A program made the position numbers and the translations under genes. 64,000 bases of DNA from a virus. Under the pieces are notes generated by a model. That model searched no databases. It worked only from the letters and a program-made list of their open reading frames with translations, and was not told the DNA's origin. Shown piece by piece: positions 55,598 to 64,000 of the stretch. The stretch lies in the IMG/VR virus record IMGVR_UViG_3300005613_000018, positions 35,610-99,609 of that record. One strand, written 5' to 3'. Every line of letters starts with the position of its first letter. The stretch's first letter is position 1.

Positions 55598-58500
55598 ATG
55601 TCAGAATATAACGTAAATTACAACGGCGGAGAAACCTATAGAGTTTCTGCTAAGGAAAATACAAATTACGATATTTCTGTTTCATCGGCTGGTGTTCAGG
55701 GTATTCAAGGAATCCAAGGAATTCAAGGTATCCAAGGTGACTTTGGACTTCAGGGTACTGATGGTGCCTTTGTTGCTCAAGGTATTCAAGGAACTCAAGG
55801 TATCCAGGGTCTTCAGGGTATTCAAGGTATTCAAGGTATCCAGGGAACACAAGGTACTCAAGCTTCTCAAGGAACACAAGGTGTTCAGGGTATTCAAGGA
55901 ATTCAAGGTATTGGTGTTCAGGGTACTCAAGGAATTCAAGGTACTCAAGGTATCCAGGGTATTCAGGGTATTCAAGGAATTCAAGGTATTGGTGTTCAAG
56001 GTATCCAGGGAACACAAGGTATCCAAGGAATTCAAGGTACTCAAGGTATCCAGGGTATTCAGGGTATTCAAGGAATTCAAGGTATTGGTGTTCAAGGTAT
56101 CCAGGGAACACAAGGTATCCAGGGAACACAAGGTATCCAAGGAATTCAAGGTATTAGTGTTCAAGGAATTCAAGGTATCCAGGGAACACAAGGTATCCAG
56201 GGAACACAAGGTATCCAAGGAATTCAAGGTATTAGTGTTCAAGGTGTTCAAGGTATTAGTGTTCAAGGAATTCAAGGTACTCAAGGTATTCAGGGTATTC
56301 AGGGCATTCAAGGAATTCAAGGAACACAAGGTACTCAAGGAACACAAGGTATCCAAGGAGTTCAAGGTCCTTTTGGTATCCAAGGTAATAATGGTCTTCA
56401 GGGCCTTCAGGGTATCCAAGGAGTTCAAGGTCCTTTTGGTATCCAAGGTAATAATGGTCTTCAGGGCCTTCAGGGTATCCAAGGAGTTCAAGGTGGTATT
56501 GGATCAACCGGATCTCAAGGTATCCAAGGAATTCAAGGTATCCAGGGTATCCAAGGAGTTCAAGGTGGTATTGGATCAACCGGATCTCAAGGTATCCAAG
56601 GAATTCAAGGTATCCAAGGTATCCAAGGAGTTCAAGGTGGTATTGGATCAATCGGATCTCAAGGTATCCAAGGTATCCAAGGAGTTCAAGGTGGTATTGG
56701 ATCAACCGGATCTCAAGGTATCCAAGGTATCCAAGGAACTCAAGCTTCTCAAGGGACACAAGGTATTCAGGGAATTCAAGGAATTCAGGGAATTCAAGGA
56801 ATTCAAGGTATTCAGGGTATTCAAGGAATTAGTGGAAATACTGGTCCTTCCGGTCCACAAGGAACTTATGGAGATACAGGTAACACTGGCCCTACCGGTC
56901 CTCAAGGAACTACAGGAACTCAAGGAACCTTTGGATCTATAGGTTCTCAAGGAATTCAAGGTAATGTAGGAATAACTGGTGGCACTGGTCCTACCGGTGC
57001 ACAAGGAACTTATGGAAACACTGGTTCTCAAGGAACTGTAGGAGATACAGGTCCTACTGGCCTTCAAGGAACCACAGGAGATACTGGCTCTCAAGGAACC
57101 ACAGGTTCTCAAGGAACCACAGGTTCTCAAGGAACTGTAGGAGATACAGGTGACACTGGTCCCACAGGTTCTCAAGGAACTACAGGAGATACTGGTACTC
57201 AAGGTATTCAGGGAATTCAAGGTATCCAGGGAACACAAGGTATTCAGGGTATTCAAGGTATTAGTGTTCAGGGTATTCAAGGTATTCAAGCTTCTCAAGG
57301 AACACAAGGTGTTCAAGGTATCCAGGGCATTCAAGGAACACAGGGAACAACTGGTGATTTTGGTGGAGCTACTTTTGAATATAATTTTGATAGTGATACT
57401 AATGATAGTGATCCAGGGTCTGGTGATTTAAAACTCAATAATGCAAATCTAACTTTATCCACCGAATTATTCATTGATGATGAAGACAATAATGGAACTG
57501 ATATAACTAATTTCTTACAGACCATTGATGATTCGACATCAACCATTAAAGGTCATTTCAGAATATCTAAAGAAACTGATTCATCCTCATTTGTCCTGTA
57601 TTCAATTACTTCAATTACAGACAATACTGGATATTTTGGAGTAAATTGTTCTTATGTTTCCGGAAGTGTAACTTCTTTTACTAATGGTGAGGAATTAAGA
57701 ATTACATTTGCTAGAACTGGTGATCAGGGTGATACTGGTTCACAAGGAGTTCAAGGAACAAGAGGTCTTCAGGGTCTTCAAGGTATTCAAGGACTTGATG
57801 GTACTCAAGGCATTCAAGGAATACAAGGAATACAAGGTATTCAAGGAATACAGGGTATTTTTGGAACTCAAGGAACTGATGGTGCCTTTGTTGCTCAAGG
57901 AATTCAAGGTATCCAAGGAATTCAAGGTACTCAAGGTACTCAAGGTATTCAGGGTATTCAGGGTATTCAAGGTATTCAGGGTATTCAAGGTATTCAGGGT
58001 ATTCAAGGTATTCAGGGTATTCAAGGTATCCAGGGAACACAAGGTATCCAGGGTATCCAGGGAATACAAGGAATTCAAGGTATCCAAGGAATTCAAGGTA
58101 CTCAGGGTATTCAAGGTATTCAGGGCATTCAAGGTATCCAGGGAACACAAGGTATCCAGGGAACACAAGGTACTCAAGGTATTCAAGGTATTCAGGGTAT
58201 TCAGGGTATTCAGGGTATTCAAGGTATTCAAGGTATCCAGGGTATTCAGGGTATCCAGGGAACACAAGGTATCCAGGGAACACAAGGTACTCAAGGTATC
58301 CAGGGTATTCAGGGTATCCAGGGTATTCAGGGTATTCAAGGTATTCAAGGTATCCAGGGAACACAAGGTATTCAAGGTATCCAGGGAACACAAGGTACTC
58401 AAGGAATTCAAGGAATTCAAGGAATTAGTGTTCAAGGTATCCAAGGAACACAAGGTATTTTTGGAACTCAAGGTACTGATGGTGCTTTCGTGTCACAAGG

Positions 58501-60898
58501 TATTCAGGGTACTCAAGGGATCCAGGGAATTCAAGCTTCTCAAGGAACTACAGGTCCAACAGGTCCAACAGGTTCTCAAGGAACAACAGGTCCAACAGGT
58601 CCCACAGGTCCTCAAGGAACAACAGGAACAACAGGGCCCACAGGTTCTCAAGGAACAACAGGTCCCACAGGTCCCACAGGTCCCACAGGTCCCACAGGTC
58701 CTCAAGGAACAACAGGAACTACAGGTCCAACAGGACCTCAAGGAACACAAGGTAGGCAAGGAACTACAGGATCAACAGGTGGTACAGGTCCAACAGGACC
58801 TCAAGGAACACAAGGTAGGCAAGGAGTACAGGGTCCTGGTGGTTTAACAACGACTGACGCAACTACTCTTGGTGGAATTAGCCCTGGAAGTTTCTTAAGG
58901 TCTGATGCTGCTGATACATCCTCACAGAAAATAGCATTTCAAGCAAATGCAACAAACAACTGGGACACTATTGCAACAGCAACAGGATCTCTGGGTTGTC
59001 TTGAGGTTTATAACTCGGGAGCTGGCAATGATGCCTTTATGACCTTCCACGTTGGTGGTGACTTTGCATGTTATTTTGGTCTAGACGGAGGTATTAACGA
59101 CATTGCAGTTGGTGGTTGGTCTATGGGTGCCAACTCATATAGAGTCTGGCACGCAGGTAATGATGGTTCTGGGTCTGGGCTGGATGCTGACCTCTGGGAT
59201 GGAAATCAATTTAGTTCTTATTTAAACCAAGCAGTATTGACAACTTCTAGTCCAACTTTTACTAATGTATATGTCAATGATTGGTTCAGGAATAATGCTT
59301 CTGGAGAAGGTCTTTACAATCAAGCAACTGCTCAGCATTGGTACTCTGATGATGATGACTATTGGAATATTGCTGGTGGTACAGCAGCAAACGGAATTCG
59401 TTTCCGAGATGAATATGCCGGAACAATTCGTGGATACGTTTATGCAAACAATTCCAATCAAATTGGATTCTTAGATTCTGATGGACAATGGGCAATTAGA
59501 CACACTCGTGATTCAAGAACTGAGTTTCTTATTAATAATACTGAGTATGCTGAGATTAATACTGATTATTTAACTCACACATCAGATATTAGAACACCTA
59601 TTTTCTATGATTCCAATAATACTGGGTTTTACATAGATCCTGCAAGTACCAGTAATTTAAATGCAGTAACTTGCGAAAGCATTACAATGAACAGGGATGG
59701 TAATGCTGGTGACGCTATAGTAATAAATCACGTTGAAAACTCAGATTGGTCATTTTTGTTCTATTCGAGTAGTGTTGGAAATGATAACGCTTCTGGATTC
59801 TGGGTAGGGTCTAATGGTTATCCAGACATGCGATTAAGACGTGAAGATGGTACTATAAGGGCATTAATTTCTTCATGGGAAAGATCATATACGAACTTTG
59901 GATTCACAGATAATACTGATATTAGATCTCCAATCTTCTACGATTCCAATAATACTGGTTATTATGCTGACCCTGCTTCTACTTCAAGATTCAATGGAAT
60001 AACACCAAATATAATAAATTCTGCATTTAGTGGTTCTGATAGTAATCTTGTAAGATCTTCATATCCATATTCATTTGGATTCCAAGAAGATGGTGCTTGG
60101 AGCGGCACTTATCCAGATTTAGTTCTCCAGTATCATACTGGTGTAACAATGGCCGCCAACTCAAATTATAATGGTATATCTTTCTATGATGATTATAACA
60201 ATAGTACTCTAAGATTTAGAATTAATGGTGGATCTGGATATACTTACAAATATAATTGGATGTATACTAATACCACTGGATATCATTCCGATACTAATGC
60301 TTGGCATATTGAACCAAATACAGTAACCTCATACGGTTCTATGAATATTCGTGGAGTCAGAAATGGTTGGTATGGAATTTCTTGGCACGAAGCAGGAAAT
60401 GATCCTCATGTTATGTTTGATGCATCAGGAAATGGTGGATTTTATCATCAAACTGGTGGAAGATGGTCTGCTTATTATTCTTATGGTAATAATTGTCTTG
60501 GTATCACTGGTTCAACTACTTCGGCTTCTTATTCGTTATATGTCAGTGGTGCAATATATGCAACGGGAAACGTGGTTGCTTACTCAGACAGAAGAAAGAA
60601 AACTAACATTGAGACAATTGGAAATGCATTAGATAAAGTATTGAATCTTAGAGGTGTTACTTATAACAAATTAGACACTCATGATAATCCTAATGAGAAA
60701 ACAGAAACTGGTGTAATCGCTCAAGAGGTAGAAGAAGTGTTCCCAGAAGTTGTTACTTATGCGGAAGATAATGATGAGTATGGAGTTTCTTATGGAAACT
60801 TTGCAGGTTTGTTCATTGAAGCATTCAAGGAACAACAAAAGACGATAAATATGTTGAAAGAGGAAGTAGAAAACCTTAAGTTGAAATTAGGAGAATAA
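55598..60898 (+). CDS. Long collagen-like tail fibre with C-terminal S74-type chaperone
   Basis: Two long Gly-X-Y tracts; [10 protein letters not shown]; [10 protein letters not shown]...LRGVTY...[15 protein letters not shown] chaperone. Confidence 0.88.
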   Translation: MSEYNVNYNGGETYRVSAKENTNYDISVSSAGVQGIQGIQGIQGIQGDFGLQGTDGAFVAQGIQGTQGIQGLQGIQGIQGIQGTQGTQASQGTQGVQGIQGIQGIGVQGTQGIQGTQGIQGIQGIQGIQGIGVQGIQGTQGIQGIQGTQGIQGIQGIQGIQGIGVQGIQGTQGIQGTQGIQGIQGISVQGIQGIQGTQGIQGTQGIQGIQGISVQGVQGISVQGIQGTQGIQGIQGIQGIQGTQGTQGTQGIQGVQGPFGIQGNNGLQGLQGIQGVQGPFGIQGNNGLQGLQGIQGVQGGIGSTGSQGIQGIQGIQGIQGVQGGIGSTGSQGIQGIQGIQGIQGVQGGIGSIGSQGIQGIQGVQGGIGSTGSQGIQGIQGTQASQGTQGIQGIQGIQGIQGIQGIQGIQGISGNTGPSGPQGTYGDTGNTGPTGPQGTTGTQGTFGSIGSQGIQGNVGITGGTGPTGAQGTYGNTGSQGTVGDTGPTGLQGTTGDTGSQGTTGSQGTTGSQGTVGDTGDTGPTGSQGTTGDTGTQGIQGIQGIQGTQGIQGIQGISVQGIQGIQASQGTQGVQGIQGIQGTQGTTGDFGGATFEYNFDSDTNDSDPGSGDLKLNNANLTLSTELFIDDEDNNGTDITNFLQTIDDSTSTIKGHFRISKETDSSSFVLYSITSITDNTGYFGVNCSYVSGSVTSFTNGEELRITFARTGDQGDTGSQGVQGTRGLQGLQGIQGLDGTQGIQGIQGIQGIQGIQGIFGTQGTDGAFVAQGIQGIQGIQGTQGTQGIQGIQGIQGIQGIQGIQGIQGIQGIQGIQGTQGIQGIQGIQGIQGIQGIQGTQGIQGIQGIQGIQGTQGIQGTQGTQGIQGIQGIQGIQGIQGIQGIQGIQGIQGTQGIQGTQGTQGIQGIQGIQGIQGIQGIQGIQGTQGIQGIQGTQGTQGIQGIQGISVQGIQGTQGIFGTQGTDGAFVSQGIQGTQGIQGIQASQGTTGPTGPTGSQGTTGPTGPTGPQGTTGTTGPTGSQGTTGPTGPTGPTGPTGPQGTTGTTGPTGPQGTQGRQGTTGSTGGTGPTGPQGTQGRQGVQGPGGLTTTDATTLGGISPGSFLRSDAADTSSQKIAFQANATNNWDTIATATGSLGCLEVYNSGAGNDAFMTFHVGGDFACYFGLDGGINDIAVGGWSMGANSYRVWHAGNDGSGSGLDADLWDGNQFSSYLNQAVLTTSSPTFTNVYVNDWFRNNASGEGLYNQATAQHWYSDDDDYWNIAGGTAANGIRFRDEYAGTIRGYVYANNSNQIGFLDSDGQWAIRHTRDSRTEFLINNTEYAEINTDYLTHTSDIRTPIFYDSNNTGFYIDPASTSNLNAVTCESITMNRDGNAGDAIVINHVENSDWSFLFYSSSVGNDNASGFWVGSNGYPDMRLRREDGTIRALISSWERSYTNFGFTDNTDIRSPIFYDSNNTGYYADPASTSRFNGITPNIINSAFSGSDSNLVRSSYPYSFGFQEDGAWSGTYPDLVLQYHTGVTMAANSNYNGISFYDDYNNSTLRFRINGGSGYTYKYNWMYTNTTGYHSDTNAWHIEPNTVTSYGSMNIRGVRNGWYGISWHEAGNDPHVMFDASGNGGFYHQTGGRWSAYYSYGNNCLGITGSTTSASYSLYVSGAIYATGNVVAYSDRRKKTNIETIGNALDKVLNLRGVTYNKLDTHDNPNEKTETGVIAQEVEEVFPEVVTYAEDNDEYGVSYGNFAGLFIEAFKEQQKTINMLKEEVENLKLKLGE
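55691..57360 (+). repeat. Collagen 9-nt tandem repeat tract 1 (GIQ/GTQ, then GPT/GST)
   Basis: ggtattcaa/ggaattcaa/ggtatccag units. Confidence 0.92.
57716..58842 (+). repeat. Collagen 9-nt tandem repeat tract 2
   Basis: Same GIQ units, ending in GPT/GRQ units. Confidence 0.92.
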
Positions 60899-60899
60899 A

Positions 60900-61322
60900 A
60901 TGGCATTACTAAGAGATTTTGAAATACCAAGTACTGGTTTAGTAGTACCAAATGCATATCATGTAATTGTAAAAGTGAATGTAGAGAAAAGATTGAATGA
61001 CATTCCACCTCCACCAGACCCAAGTAGACCCAATGGATTAACTGCTAACAGTGGACCTGAAGTATACTGGAAATCTGGATATATAGGCAAAATTGCTATT
61101 GAAATTTTTAGCTCCCAAGAAGCAAGGAACGAAGGTAAATCCCCCATTGGCGCAATTGCAGTTAATCCAACTGATGTTCAAATTAATGGAGTTCTTTCAT
61201 CAGATATTAAACAGTTTGACTTAAACTTTTTCATTGATCCGACAAGTCAATTGAGTATTATTGATCAAGCTTATCAGCATCTTATGGGATTAGAATATTA
61301 TAGTGGAGCCATTCAGAATTAG
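60900..61322 (+). CDS. Fibre-associated hypothetical protein
   Basis: Directly after the fibre; ends QAYQHLM. Confidence 0.65.
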   Translation: MALLRDFEIPSTGLVVPNAYHVIVKVNVEKRLNDIPPPPDPSRPNGLTANSGPEVYWKSGYIGKIAIEIFSSQEARNEGKSPIGAIAVNPTDVQINGVLSSDIKQFDLNFFIDPTSQLSIIDQAYQHLMGLEYYSGAIQN

Positions 61323-61357
61323 ATCTATATCGAAGCAATTAAAGAATAACAAAACGA

Positions 61358-61365
61358 TATAAATA
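61358..61365 (+). promoter_or_regulatory. T4-type late promoter TATAAATA
   Basis: Exact consensus. Confidence 0.7.
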
Positions 61366-61398
61366 ATCTCAAACAGATAATTGCTGAATTGAAAAACA

Positions 61399-61602
61399 AT
61401 GATTGATCACGAAAAGCATTTGAAGACCATTCTTGAAACTCAAAAACAACTTTCTGCAGAAATTGGTGAATTGAATAATATTCTTTCTATTAAGAAAGAA
61501 CAATTCACAAAGTATCAAGGTATTGTTGAGTATTTGAGTTCTAATGGTGTAAAACCAGAAGAAAACGAAATTACCGAACTCCCTAACGAACAGGCACAGT
61601 AA
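61399..61602 (+). CDS. Small coiled-coil hypothetical protein
   Basis: ORF after late promoter. Confidence 0.65.
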   Translation: MIDHEKHLKTILETQKQLSAEIGELNNILSIKKEQFTKYQGIVEYLSSNGVKPEENEITELPNEQAQ

Positions 61603-61943
61603 TGAACTACACTTGGGAAATTACCAGTATCAAAAGAAAAGATACATCCACACTGAATAATATAATTGTTCAGACTTATTGGAGAAAGACTGGAACTGAT
61701 GAGAATGGAAATACTGGAAGTTTTGCCGGTGCAACTCCATTTGATCTTTCAACCGTAGATTCAGACAACTTTGTCGCTTATGAGGATCTGACGGAAGAGA
61801 TGGTTCTTGGTTGGATTCAATCGGTAGTTGTTGGTGGATACGAAGAACATGTCAATGAAAAAATTGCAGAAGAAATTGATCAACAGGTAAATCCAATAAC
61901 TGAAGTTACTGAAGAATTTCCTTGGTCCCCAGTTACAGAGTAA
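61602..61943 (+). CDS. Fibre-associated protein (YTW.I...Y.DLTEE.VLGW family)
   Basis: Motif pattern seen next to phage fibre genes. Confidence 0.7.
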   Translation: MNYTWEITSIKRKDTSTLNNIIVQTYWRKTGTDENGNTGSFAGATPFDLSTVDSDNFVAYEDLTEEMVLGWIQSVVVGGYEEHVNEKIAEEIDQQVNPITEVTEEFPWSPVTE

Positions 61944-61971
61944 TTGAGATAATCAAAAAGCAACAAGATTG

Positions 61972-61979
61972 TATAAATA
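61972..61979 (+). promoter_or_regulatory. T4-type late promoter TATAAATA
   Basis: Exact consensus. Confidence 0.7.
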
Positions 61980-62000
61980 ATTTAAGGAAAAGATTGACCT

Positions 62001-62333
62001 ATGATTGTATATACATTTGATATTGCCTCACTGAAAAAGAAGACTGTGAATGGTGTTGAAAATACAGTCTTCTCAGTGGTTTGGGAAAAAACTGGATATG
62101 ACCCTGATGGGTATACCGGATCCTTCAAGATCTCAACTCAGTTGGATGTGAGTGGTGTTGGTATTGGTACGGGTTATATTGATTATGATAGTCTAACAAA
62201 GCAAGATGTCATAAACTGGATTAAATCTTTAACTAACGAAGAGGATGTGAACGAAGTAATCGCTGAAGGTATTCAAAGATCTCGTGATCGTGAAACAAAA
62301 GTTGAAAGTGGGGATTTTCCTTGGGGGGTGTAA
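62001..62333 (+). CDS. Paralogue of 61602..61943
   Basis: Shared YT..I.S.K.K, W.KTG.D..G.TGSF, Y..LT...V..WI and FPW. Confidence 0.7.
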   Translation: MIVYTFDIASLKKKTVNGVENTVFSVVWEKTGYDPDGYTGSFKISTQLDVSGVGIGTGYIDYDSLTKQDVINWIKSLTNEEDVNEVIAEGIQRSRDRETKVESGDFPWGV

Positions 62334-62343
62334 ATAATTAAAA

Positions 62344-62790
62344 ATGAAAACTTTAGAGGAACTTAAAGAACTTGCAAGTAACTTAGATGGCTACAATAAG
62401 AGAGTTGTTGAATTGGTAATAGATGGGTGGAATCTAGCTACATACAGGAGAGAAGAAAATAATGAATATGGTTGTATGGTCTACGTTTCAGACTCAAATT
62501 ACAACACAAGTTCATTAGAGGACCAAAAATCTTTTTTCTACTCTAATGGATTTACCGTTATTCAAAATATATACGTCCCAAATTGGACAGATGAGGAAAA
62601 ACTTTTCAGTATTAGTAAAAAAGTTACATCGATGTATGATATCGATAAAAATAATACTGAATTTCTAGAAATGATTAAAATTGTTAGAGGTCCTAAAATT
62701 GTTTTAATTTCTGGAAAAGAAATCGTACAACTTTCAGATAGAGATATATTTTTATATATTGAAGGAAAAGTAGACATCGAGGTAGAGTAA
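62344..62790 (+). CDS. Hypothetical protein
   Basis: ORF track. Confidence 0.65.
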   Translation: MKTLEELKELASNLDGYNKRVVELVIDGWNLATYRREENNEYGCMVYVSDSNYNTSSLEDQKSFFYSNGFTVIQNIYVPNWTDEEKLFSISKKVTSMYDIDKNNTEFLEMIKIVRGPKIVLISGKEIVQLSDRDIFLYIEGKVDIEVE

Positions 62791-64000
62791 TGACATTACC
62801 AACAGGTACAATCACCATGAACCAGGTGAATGTTGAACTTGGAAATCCTGGAACTAGTCAAATTAGTTTAAATGATACTGCCGTCAGAAATCTCGCCTCA
62901 ATACCATCAGGCACCATTAGCATGGATGACCTTAGAGGTAAAAGTTCATTTGGTGTAGTTGGTGGAACACCGTATAGTGTAGGTGAAAACGAATATAATG
63001 TCTTTACCAGTTCCGGACCACTAACAATATCTGGTGGTCCTTTGACACTTGAATATTTGATGATTGGTGGTGGAGGTGGTGCAGGTGCTGCACGAGGAGG
63101 TTCAGGTACTGCTCCTTATAACCCTAGTACTGGCCGTGGAAGTTTACCACAATGGTGTGGTGGTGGTGGTGGTGCAGGTGCATATCGTCGTGGTATTATA
63201 GAAGTTCCTGGAAATATGTCTACAACGGTGACAGTTGGTGCTGGTGGAGGCTCTGGTTCAACAACACCGACAACTGCCACAAATGGTGGGGAAGGTGGTA
63301 ATAGTTCTTTTACAGCACCACCAGATATTGGAGGTTTTACTGTATATGCTGGTGGAGGTGGAGGAGGAGCTAGTGTAACGATACCAGGAGCAAGTGAGTA
63401 CGGTAATGCATATACACCTAGACCACAATACCCCACAGCACCTGCTAGACCCAGATCCAAGGGTTCAGGTGGTGGAGCTTGTGGACCTCCTGGTCAGTCT
63501 CCTTACCCATATCCAGCAAATCCAGAAAATTACTCGACTGCAAGCGCCTCAGTTCAACAAGAGGCTCTTGAAAACGGTCTTTCAGGTGGAAATTATTATG
63601 GTAACGCGTTACCAGGTGGTTTGGCAGGTGGTGGTGGAGCACTTATAAGAGGCCATGAAACTTATAGGCTCCCTGGCCCTCCGAGTACTCCTGTCTTTAC
63701 TACCGGTGCACCAAATGAATGTGGTGGAGGTGGAATTGCAATTCCTGCTATATTCGCTGATGATATTGGTCCTGTTGTTGGTGAACCTCAAGCGTATCAG
63801 ACATTTGTTTATAATGGAGCTCCAGCTGGGGAGGCTATACGAACAAGTGTGATTGGCGGAGGTGGTGGTGGAGGATATCCTGGGTTTGCTGTAAATGAAT
63901 ATGGCCCACCAGTCAGGAGAAGAGTCTTCCCAGAACCTTGCTCGATTGGTGGAGTAGATAATGCCGCAAGCCCCGCCACAATTCCTACTGGAGGTGGATG
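62790..64000 (+). CDS. Glycine-rich virion protein (partial, runs off the window)
   Basis: MTLPTGTITMNQVNVELG...ISMDDLRGK then LEYLMIGGGGGAG; missing from the ORF track, consistent with no stop before the window end. Confidence 0.75.
   Translation, partial: MTLPTGTITMNQVNVELGNPGTSQISLNDTAVRNLASIPSGTISMDDLRGKSSFGVVGGTPYSVGENEYNVFTSSGPLTISGGPLTLEYLMIGGGGGAGAARGGSGTAPYNPSTGRGSLPQWCGGGGGAGAYRRGIIEVPGNMSTTVTVGAGGGSGSTTPTTATNGGEGGNSSFTAPPDIGGFTVYAGGGGGGASVTIPGASEYGNAYTPRPQYPTAPARPRSKGSGGGACGPPGQSPYPYPANPENYSTASASVQQEALENGLSGGNYYGNALPGGLAGGGGALIRGHETYRLPGPPSTPVFTTGAPNECGGGGIAIPAIFADDIGPVVGEPQAYQTFVYNGAPAGEAIRTSVIGGGGGGGYPGFAVNEYGPPVRRRVFPEPCSIGGVDNAASPATIPTGGG

Noticed and set aside
55650-58847. 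Long alternative-frame and antisense ORFs (VFKEFK..., TLNSLD..., YLEYPE...)
   Set aside because: Shadow frames of the 9-nt collagen repeat.
1-64000. tRNA/rRNA genes, DGR, and GGCC or GATC site bias
   Set aside because: No cloverleaf, rRNA or reverse transcriptase recognised by eye; motif bias cannot be supported without a proper count.

Overview
64-kb segment of a large AT-rich T4-like cyanophage (myovirus) genome, coded almost entirely on the + strand. Layout: (1) 1-4860, Ig-domain virion protein and a collagen-containing fibre with a C-terminal intramolecular chaperone. (2) ~4860-21300, an early/accessory region of many short ORFs, a DUF262/ParB-fold protein, an SF2 helicase, a KxDG ligase-like protein and two GIY-YIG homing endonucleases. 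Most of this region is divided into gene cassettes by 15 co-oriented copies of a ~35-40 bp element (AAAGTTAGTWACCTCNAAAGTTCNNNTNTANTRT) that abuts or supplies the stop codon of the upstream ORF and precedes the next start. The region ends in a mostly non-coding stretch with two cyanobacterial-type DnaA boxes, three 33-bp tandem repeats and a self-complementary segment. (3) 21300-24750, DruA/DUF4338-like protein, glycosyltransferase-like protein and tiny basic peptides. (4) 24769-55231, T4-like structural module: gp25, gp6, gp7-like, gp8, VrlC-like, gp13, gp14, gp15, gp16. (5) 55260-64000, fibre island after gp16 with a very long (Gly-Ile-Gln)n collagen fibre. All family assignments come from motif recognition and gene order, not database searches. 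The most notable signal is the repeat-delimited cassette array.
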